Below, piece after piece: positions 56,589 through 64,000 of a stretch of 64,000 bases of DNA. The notes under the pieces were generated by a model that worked only from the letters and a program-made list of their open reading frames with translations, was not told where the DNA came from and did not search any database. Each line of letters opens with the position of its first letter. Position 1 is the stretch's first letter. This DNA is from an uncultured Chloroflexia bacterium (lineage in GTDB: Bacteria; Chloroflexota; Anaerolineae; CG2-30-64-16): the NCBI GenBank assembly GCA_963774265.1, contig CAVZDU010000001.1, positions 544,001 to 608,000 of the forward strand. Direction: 5' to 3'. Both the position numbers and the translations under genes were made by a program.

Positions 56589-57761
56589 GTGATCGAGGCC
56601 ACATCTACGCGCCAGGTGGCGTTTCGTCAGCGTCTGGCCGTCGCGGTCTGCTACGCGGCCATGTTTATGTTGGGTTTCACGATTTCCCTGCTCGGCCCCA
56701 GCCTGCCCGGCATCGCCACACGCACGGGTGTCACGCTTCCCCAGGCGGGTTTCCTCTTCACTCTTTTCTCTGGCGGCTCGATCCTGGCCACGCTTCTCGT
56801 CGCGCGGTTGAACGATCATCCCGTCCGGCGGTGGACCTTTTTTGTGGGTGCGCTGTTGATGGCTGCAGGCCTGTGGTTCATAGCGGTCAGCGGGACGTTT
56901 GTCCTGGTCGGCGCGGCGATCGCGGTGACTGGCCTGGCGATGAGCACCGAAGGCACCGTCCCGAACGCCGTGTTTGTCGATCTTTACCGGGAACGCGCCG
57001 GGCGTGCACTCAACAAGCTGCACGTCTCTGTCGGCGTAGGCTCCTTCGTCGGCCCGCTGGTGTTGGCGGTGGCCTACCGCTCTGGTGGTGACTACACCGT
57101 GGCGTACCGCATCGCTGCGGTCTTGATGACTGCCGTGGCACTGCTGTGGCTCGCGGGCAAGCCACCCGCGCCGGCCCGTGCCCCGGGTAGCGCGCTTCGG
57201 TTGGACCGCGCACTGCTCCTGCCCCTGCTATTGGTGTTTGGGTTGGCAGTCCTCTACACGGGCACCGAGCAGGTGCTCGCCGGTTGGCTGTTTACCTATG
57301 CCGGTGACGCGTTGCGGCTAGCTGCGGCTGTGGCCAGCCTGGCCACTTCCCTGTTGTGGGGTGCGGTGCTCCTGGGGCGGCTCCTGGCAGTGGCGGCGCT
57401 GCGGCGCATAAGCAATGCCCGACTGGTGCAACTGGGCTTGGCCGCTGCTCTTGTGGGCGTTCTCCTAATCCTTGGCGGCCGCGCCTGGACGCCTCTGTTC
57501 TGGGTTGGGGTAGGGCTGGTGGGTTTGGGCTTTGGCCCGATCTTCCCTACATCTCTTGCCCTCGCCAGTGAGTTGGCGCCCGACCGTGCGGGCGCAGCTG
57601 GGTCGATCGTGGTCGCTTCGGGCTCGATCGGCGCCATGACCCTTCCCCTGGCTGCCGGTTCCTTGATCCCCTCCCTCGGCATCGCGGGCAGCATCGCCCT
57701 GGCCCTCGTGCCTCTCGCCCTCATGCTGGTCCTTGCCCAGGCAATTTCCCGCCGCGTCTGA
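56589..57761 (+). CDS. MFS transporter (FucP/TsgA-like)
   Basis: About 12 hydrophobic helices; LGPSLP.IA, LYTGTEQ...GW and GPIFPT. Confidence 0.85.
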   Translation: MIEATSTRQVAFRQRLAVAVCYAAMFMLGFTISLLGPSLPGIATRTGVTLPQAGFLFTLFSGGSILATLLVARLNDHPVRRWTFFVGALLMAAGLWFIAVSGTFVLVGAAIAVTGLAMSTEGTVPNAVFVDLYRERAGRALNKLHVSVGVGSFVGPLVLAVAYRSGGDYTVAYRIAAVLMTAVALLWLAGKPPAPARAPGSALRLDRALLLPLLLVFGLAVLYTGTEQVLAGWLFTYAGDALRLAAAVASLATSLLWGAVLLGRLLAVAALRRISNARLVQLGLAAALVGVLLILGGRAWTPLFWVGVGLVGLGFGPIFPTSLALASELAPDRAGAAGSIVVASGSIGAMTLPLAAGSLIPSLGIAGSIALALVPLALMLVLAQAISRRV

Positions 57762-57859
57762 AAGAACTTTAACCTTATTCCGCATAGATTTCATCCCCGA
57801 TTCATTTCCACGAGTTATCCTTAGCGCAATACTTCGATGAAGTTGGTGTTATCGAGTTT

Positions 57860-57888
57860 GGAACCAGGGCAGGTAGATCGTCGTCTGA
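57860..57888 (+). promoter_or_regulatory. Candidate ECF-sigma promoter
   Basis: GGAACC-16 bp-CGTCTGA, matching the GGAAC/GTCTGA pattern of sigmaE-like ECF promoters. Confidence 0.55.
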
Positions 57889-57923
57889 ATAACACGACAT
57901 GAAATGATTGAAGGAGTCAACCC

Positions 57924-58067
57924 ATGGATATCCCACTGTTGATCGCGATCTTGGCTTTGCTCACTTGGACTCTCCTGCCCCAGTTGGACCGTTACGCGGA
58001 CACCGAACTCCCGGGCGAGGGTAAGCCGTCGCATCTTCAACGCCTGGCGCGTTGGATCAACAACTAA
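57924..58067 (+). CDS. Small (47 aa) single-pass membrane protein, absent from the ORF track
   Basis: GAAGGAG RBS 7 nt upstream; MDIPLLIAILALLTWTLLPQLDRYADTELPGEGKPSHLQRLARWINN*; own terminator downstream. Confidence 0.65.
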   Translation: MDIPLLIAILALLTWTLLPQLDRYADTELPGEGKPSHLQRLARWINN

Positions 58068-58113
58068 GTTGCCCTTGACCGCTTGATAATTGCTGTCTTG
58101 AGTGACGCACCAG

Positions 58114-58145
58114 GAGCGTTGTGGCCTCACAACGCTCTTTTTGTT
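58114..58145 (+). terminator. Intrinsic terminator after the small ORF
   Basis: GAGCGTTGTG-GCCT-CACAACGCTC-TTTTTGTT. Confidence 0.85.
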
Positions 58146-58246
58146 GCCCCGATCCGAAAACTGCGCCGCAAAGTGCGCCGCAAAGTGCGCCGCGTCATTG
58201 CTGCGGTCATGCTACCAGGAGTATCTTGTCTACAAATACAACCTTC

Positions 58247-58310
58247 GACAGAAACCTTCGAGGTCGTGCCAACCTACGGTTGGCCTGAGACCGCGAAGGT
58301 TCGATCTGTC
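58247..58310. repeat. Long imperfect hairpin (REP-doublet-like) upstream of the oxidoreductase operon
   Basis: GACAGA/TCTGTC, AACCTTCG/CGAAGGTT, GGTC/GACC and GCCAACC-TAC-GGTTGGC nested arms. Confidence 0.65.
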
Positions 58311-58342
58311 GTTGAGCTTCTCAGCGCGGAGATTGAACTATT

Positions 58343-59529
58343 ATGCGTGAATTCATCGATGGCGCCACGGCGATCGCGCGCGGCGCAATGGATGCCGGCT
58401 GCACCTTCTTTGCCGGCTATCCGATCTCGCCGGCGACCCCCATCCTGCTTCACATGATCCGCGAGCTGCCGAAAGTCGGCGGCGTCGCGATCCAGGCGGA
58501 AGACGAGATCGCATCCATCAGCATGTGCATTGCCGCGGCGATGACGGGCGCGCGTGCATTCACCGCCACCTCGGGCCCCGGCATCTCCCTTTACAGCGAG
58601 AATATCGGTCTGGCGATCATGGGTGAGGTTCCTCTGGTGATCGCCGACGTACAGCGCATGGGCCCGGCCACGGGCGGAGCGACCACCCCTGCGCAGGGTG
58701 ACGTGCAGTTCGTGCGCTGGGGAATGTCGGGCGGTTACCCGATCATCGCGCTCGCGCCCGGCACGGTGCCCGAGTGCTACAGCCTGACCCGCCGCGCGTT
58801 TGATCTCGCGGAGCGATTCCGCTGCCCGGTCTTCCTGTTGACGGACAAGGAGCTGTTCCAGGCGCTGACCACGGTGGATGTGGAGGTCTATGAACATCCG
58901 CCTGTGCGGGGCGCGTTATTGCGTCGCCGTTCCCCGCCGAGACGCCTGGGTTGCGTCCCGAAGAAACGCTTGTGCCCTATCGCATCGCATCGCCTGACGC
59001 TGTCCCCGACTACGCCCCCATTGGCGGCCCGCACATCGTCCGCTTCACCGGTTCCACTCACGACGAGCACGGGTTCCTGACCAAGGACCCGGCCAAAGTT
59101 GGGCGGTTGAACGAGCATTTGAGAAGAAAGATCGAAGATCACCTGGATGAGCTGGAGTTCAGCCAGCCCGACCTGCAACCCGATGCGACCACCCTGCTGA
59201 TCTCCTACGGCGTCACCGCACGCGCGATGGCAGAGGCCGTGCAGGCAGCGCGACTGGACGGACACGCGGTCTCGGCGCTGGCCGTGCAAAGCTTGTGGCC
59301 GGTGCCGGAGAACGCGTTGCTCAGCGCTGCTTGGCCGGAGCAAGGTGAGTGGGACATTCGCCGGATCATCGTCGCCGAGCTAAACCACGGCGACTTTCGC
59401 CGGGAAGTCGAGCGCGTGGTGTATGGTTACGCGGCGCGGCAGGGGCGCCTCGCGCCCGAGATCATCGGCATCCACCGCGTAGACGGCGAGCTCATTACCC
59501 CCAGCCAGTTCCTGGCGGAGATCATGTGA
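58343..59529 (+). CDS. 2-oxoacid:ferredoxin oxidoreductase alpha subunit (apparent frameshift near 58910)
   Basis: FFAGYPISPAT, QAEDEIAS, TATSGPG.SL..E and QRMGPATG, then ISYGVTAR, LWPVP and AELNHG. Confidence 0.9.
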
Positions 59530-59536
59530 GGCGGCC

Positions 59537-60843
59537 ATGTTGCATACCTATCGTAACGAGCGCGACTATCCCTTCTGTCCCGGTTGCGGGCACTCGCTGA
59601 TCCTGAACCACCTGAACACTGCGTTCGTCAAGCTGGGCCTGGACCCACACCGCGTCGCCCTGGTCACTGACATCGGCTGCCAGGGCCTCGGCGACCAGTA
59701 CTTCGTCGTCAACGCCTTTCACGGCCTGCATGGCCGCAGCCTGGCATATGCCACAGGTATCAAGCTCGCAGACCCTGACCTTAAGGTCTTTGTCCTCATC
59801 GGCGATGGTGGAACGGGCATCGGCGGTGCACACCTGCTCAATGCCGCGCGGCGCAACATCGGCGTGACCGTGCTGGTGATGAACAATTTCAACTTCGGCA
59901 TGACCGGCGGCGAGCACAGCGTCACCACACCGCCTGGCGGGGTCACGGTGACCACGCGCAGGGGCAACCTGGAGCGGCCACTGGACATTTGCAGCACGGT
60001 CGCGGTCAACGGCGCGGGCTACGTCTGGCGCGGCACGGCGTTCGACCGCGAGCTGCCCGACGCCATTGTAGAGGCCGCGAACAGCGAGAGTTTTGCGCTG
60101 CTGGATATCTGGGAGCTGTGCACCGCGTATTACGTGCCCAACAACGATTTCTCGCGCAAGGCGTTGCTGGAGCTGCGCGAGCAGCTCGGGATGCCGGTGG
60201 GCCTGCTGCACCGGGAGCAGCGGCCTGAATATGCGAGAGCGGTCCGTACTGCGAACGAGCCATTGGCTGGCAAACCGATCTTGCCTGCCAACCCTTTGCC
60301 GGCGCAGTTCACCTCGTCGCTTGCCAGCGAGTTCCGGCTGGTCATCGCGGGCTCAGCCGGCGGCAAGGTGCGCTCGACCGCACGTGTGCTGGGCGAAGCC
60401 GCCATTCTCTCGGGTCTGTGGGCCGCGCAGCAGGACGATTACCCGGTTACCGTGCAGACCGGTCACAGCATCAGCGAATTGATCTTCAGCCCCGCGAGAT
60501 CCTTTTCACCGGCGTCACTCGTCCGGATGCGCTGGTGTTGGCCACAGAGGACGGCCGGAAGGCATCCGGCCGCTACCTCAGAGCATTGACCGCGGAGAGC
60601 TGGCTCTTCACCACGCCCGAATTCGCCAACCTGGACACGCCAGCGCGCAAGGTGGTTTTCGACTTCGAGGCTATGGGCGTGAAGGGGAGCAAGAAAAACC
60701 TGGCTCTGCTGATGGCTGCATCCGCGCTGCAACACCTGGGCCTGTTCCCATTGGCCGCATGCGAAGAAGCCGCGCGTCGCGGCCAACGGCCGGAGGTGGC
60801 GGAGGAGATCGTGGGCGCGCGACGCGCGGTGGGGGTGGGGTGA
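59537..60843 (+). CDS. 2-oxoacid:ferredoxin oxidoreductase beta subunit fused to gamma-like domain (apparent frameshift near 60492)
   Basis: FCPGCGH, DIGC, HGLHGR and GDGG...NN..FGMTGG TPP motif, then IAGSAGGKV...DYP.TV.TG.S.SE gamma motif. Confidence 0.88.
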
Positions 60844-60860
60844 AGACCTCCGAGGTCTTC
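60842..60860. repeat. Perfect palindrome (REP-like)
   Basis: GAAGACCTC-C-GAGGTCTTC between convergent stops. Confidence 0.7.
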
Positions 60861-60864
60861 GCAC

Positions 60865-61356
60865 CTATTCGTGTGTTTGATACACCTCGCCTTCCTCGTT
60901 CAGCGTGGGCTGACCCAGGATCAGCACATCCAGTCCTCGAAACTCCCAGAAACCGCGATCCAGCGTGACCAGTCGCATGCCGGCAGCAATCGCGAAGGCC
61001 GCAAGGTATGCGTCAGTCCACTTCTTCGGCGCAACCGTCTGAGGCGGGCACAGCGCGCGCCACAATTCCGTGACCCCCTCCGGCTCCGAGCAGAAGCGAA
61101 ATCGCGAATCCGCTAGCAACTGGTCGTAGACCCGCCACGCCTCCGCCATCGTGCACACATCTTCCTGCATGACACTGCGGATGGTCAGGAGCCGCAGCAG
61201 GCCCGCCTGCGACGTCCTGCAGATTAGGACACCGTCATCCGGCACGGTATCGAGCCACCTCACGACCGGGCGATGGTGTTCGTGACCGCCATAGACCAAC
61301 GCCAGGAGGACGTTAACGTCGCACAAGACGCGGATATTCGTGCGCTTCCTCCTCAT
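60865..61356 (-). CDS. vapC: VapC-family PIN toxin
   Basis: LCDVNVLLAL...HEHH, GLLRLLT, WTDAYLAAFA and LVTLDRGF. Confidence 0.9.
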   Translation of the reverse strand: MRRKRTNIRVLCDVNVLLALVYGGHEHHRPVVRWLDTVPDDGVLICRTSQAGLLRLLTIRSVMQEDVCTMAEAWRVYDQLLADSRFRFCSEPEGVTELWRALCPPQTVAPKKWTDAYLAAFAIAAGMRLVTLDRGFWEFRGLDVLILGQPTLNEEGEVYQTHE

Positions 61357-61585
61357 CGGCCTCGTTCATCGCCCGGTAAACGCCCTCCGAAGTAATGCGA
61401 TGGCTTGGGTCCTTTGACTCGATCAGTGGAAACTTGATTCTTGTCCCCCTGGCCGGCGCTCCTTCCCCCGCGATCGCCATTTGCAGCCCCATTTGAACCA
61501 GTTCCTTCAGAGTAATCCCGCGCTGCGCAGCCAGAATCTTGGCTTGCCGAAACAGGTCGTTATCTATTTCAATCGTGGTCTTCAT
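61313..61585 (-). CDS. vapB: VapB-family RHH antitoxin
   Basis: MKTTIEIDNDLFRQAK..AA.RG.TL.ELV..GL; upstream of and overlapping the PIN gene. Confidence 0.87.
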   Translation of the reverse strand: MKTTIEIDNDLFRQAKILAAQRGITLKELVQMGLQMAIAGEGAPARGTRIKFPLIESKDPSHRITSEGVYRAMNEADEEEAHEYPRLVRR

Positions 61586-61600
61586 GATCTGCCCCCAGCA

Positions 61601-61632
61601 CCCATATTACCATATTTATGGGCTAGCGTCAA
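61601..61632 (-). promoter_or_regulatory. vapBC promoter with inverted-repeat operator
   Basis: TTGACG-17-TAATAT on the minus strand; CCCATA-N10-TATGGG overlaps the -10. Confidence 0.65.
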
Positions 61633-61677
61633 GGCGTCCGACACTGGGGACAGAAGCCAAACCTCTGAGGTCTTCCC

Positions 61678-64000
61678 TTATCCGAGCGGCTTCCTCGCGA
61701 CCACGAGGGCGTTCACGCTGCGCCATGGCACGGTCTGTCCCGTCAGTTGCCTGCGGTACAGGTCCTCGACCGCGGCCAGCTCGTCCGTCGTGAGTATCGC
61801 GCTCAAGCGCGCTTTGTATGACAGACGTTCGCCTGCGGGTGCTGCGCCGAACCACCGGTCCAGCGTCGCGGACTGGATGCGCGCCTCAGCCGTGCTCTCA
61901 ACCACATCCACGGTCACATCGGAGAACCCCGCGGCCTCCAACGCAGCGGCCAGGCTCCGCTCGTCCCAGTTCACCCACCGATCATCGTCCGCCTCATAGA
62001 TCGCCTCTTCCGCAGCGACCAGCTTTTCAGCCAGATCGGGGTCGAGTCGCGCGCGGTCGATCAACGCATGCAGCCGTTGGCTGCGCCGGCCAATCAGCTC
62101 TGCCAGGCTCAGGGTCCCGCCCGCGCGCAGCAGGGCGGCAAGGGTGTGGCCCGCCCCGACGAGGTGGCTGGGCAGCGCAGGGTAGTGTTCGCGCGCTTCA
62201 GCGATCAGATCCGGGCTGACCGCGGTCATTTCGTGTGCGGGGGTCAATGCGTTGCGTCCAAGGATCGCATCGAAACGCAGGTCGCCCTCCCCGCGCAGTT
62301 CCAGCAGCTCTGCCACGTCACTCAGGCTGCCCTGGAGGACAACGGGGCGGTCCACCGATGACAGGCGGGCGACCCATTCGCGAAGCGCCGCGGCCTCGTC
62401 AGCGGACGCAGCCAGGGACCACACGCCGCCTTCAGGAGTCCGTCGCGCGGCCTCCCATGTCAGCAAGCCCGTGCCTGCGTTCAAGTCCAGCACCAGGCTG
62501 TGGCGCTGCAGTCGCGCCGCCTCAATGAGCCGGTCACGCAAGAGGGCAAGCCGTTCTCCCGCGCCGCTGATGGATCGGTCCAGCCAACGGTCGCGCTCGC
62601 TGCCGGCCCGATCGCCGGTGTAGGTCAGCACTTCGGTCGCGCCGAAACCCTCCCCACCTTCGAGCATCGCGGCCAATTGCGCTTCGCGGCGCCGCTCGAC
62701 CTCTGCCTTGATCGCAGCTTCATGGCCCAGTTCGCCCGGCTGGTAGAACACGCGACCCTGCAACGCCTCCGGCAGGTACTGCTGCGCCACCCAGTGGTCG
62801 CGGTAGGCGTGCGGATACAGATAGCCCTCGCCGTGGCCGAACCCCTCCGCGTCGCGGTTCGCGTCGCGGCAAGTGCGACGGCACCTCGGCCTCGCGCTCC
62901 TTTTCCACCGCAGCGAGCGCATCGAAGAAGGCGAACCCCGAATTGCTCTTGGGCGCGGTCGCCAGGTAAAGCGCCGCTTCGGCCAGGTGGAACCGTCCCT
63001 CGGGCAGCCCAACATAATCGAACGCCTGGGCACACGCCATCACCACGCGCACGGCGTTCGGGTCTGCCAGCCCAACATCCTCGCCTGCAAGGATGATCAT
63101 GCGGCGGAAAATGAAGCGCGGATCTTCGCCCGCATAGACCATGCGCGCCATCCAATACATGGCCGCATCCGGGTCTGACCCGCGCAGGCTCTTGATGAAC
63201 GCACTGATCGTGTCGTAGTGGACATCGCCCTCTTTGTCGTAGAGCACCGCGCGGCGCTGAATGCTTTCCTCGGCCACTGGCAGGTCGATGCGGATCAGGC
63301 CCTGCTCATCAGGCGGAGTGGTCTCGACTGCGAGCTCGAGCGCGTTCAGCACCCCCCGCGCGTCGCCGTTGGCCACATCGACGAGGTGCGCCAGTGCATC
63401 GTCAGCGATCTGCACGTTGAGTTTGCCATAGCCGCGCTCGGGATCCGCAAGCGCCTGCCGCGCGACGGCGTACAGATCTGCTTCGACGAGAGGCTTGAGC
63501 TGGAAGATGCGGCTGCGGCTGACCAGGGCCTTGTTCACCTCGAAATAGGGGTTCTCGGTGGTTGCGCCGATGAGGATCACTGTGCCGTTCTCGACCCAAG
63601 GCAGGAGCGCGTCCTGCTGCGCCTTATTGAACCGGTGTACTTCGTCGACGAAGAGGATGGTGCGCTGCCCGAACTGCCCGCGGCGCTCCTGAGCCTCCGC
63701 GATAGCCTGGCGGATGTCGGCCACGCCCGCGAGCACTGCGTTCAGGGCGATAAAGTGCCCGCGCGTCGTGTTGGCGATGATGCGGGCGAGGGTCGTCTTG
63801 CCGGTGCCCGGCGGGCCATAGAAGATAACTGAGCTGAGCTGGTCGGCCTGGATCGCGTGGCGCAGCAGCCTGCCCGGCCCAACGATGTGCTCCTGCCCGA
63901 TGAACTCGTCGAGTGTGCGCGGACGTATGCGCGCAGCCAACGGCGCTTCTTTATCAGCCAGCTCATTTCGGCGGAGAGCAAAGAGATCGTTTGGCTTGGG
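61678..64000 (-). CDS. rarA: RarA/MgsA replication-associated AAA+ ATPase with C-terminal methyltransferase-like domain (5' end beyond window; apparent frameshift near 62869)
   Basis: [62 protein letters not shown] and QQYLP, then VLDLNAGTG. Frame open to the window end. Confidence 0.92.

Noticed and set aside
57849-58457. Track ORFs 57849..58130 (-) and 58083..58457 (+)
   Set aside because: No motifs, and they cross the terminator or hairpins; the 47-aa ORF with a strong RBS explains the region better.
16161-63000. Programmed frameshifting or mass pseudogenisation as the cause of split genes
   Set aside because: No slippery heptamers or accumulated stops were seen; single indels in conserved genes fit sequencing error better.

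Overview
GC-rich bacterial chromosomal segment, most likely from a Chloroflexota (Anaerolineae/Caldilineae-like) genome. This is an inference from the Pro/Thr-rich secreted proteins, a Gram-positive-type GAAC-N4-GTTC LexA box and a short RpoD. Housekeeping content includes mutM, tRNA-Leu(CAA), tupBC, tyrA, rpoD, infA, rpsU, rsmI, moxR, lexA, mpg, murJ, a 2-oxoacid:ferredoxin oxidoreductase, vapBC and rarA, plus a perfect parS site. About 14 apparent frameshifts, two of them in murJ, look like long-read indel errors, and about 12 sit at CGCG. The most interesting loci are: (1) a 2660-aa secreted protein with a dockerin-like module, dozens of Ca-binding DxDxDG repeats, two CBM-like modules and a long beta-rich tail, next to a secreted cohesin protein; (2) an operon of an M29-like peptidase, an active STAND ATPase and an inactive-STAND/GAF/PP2C phosphatase; (3) an SH3 lipoprotein and a tandem-cNMP membrane protein that share an unnamed extracellular C-terminal domain; (4) an unannotated 47-aa membrane peptide with an ECF-type promoter and its own terminator; (5) a structured ~175-nt leader or ncRNA upstream of rpsU-infA. 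All calls were made by eye, with no database searches.
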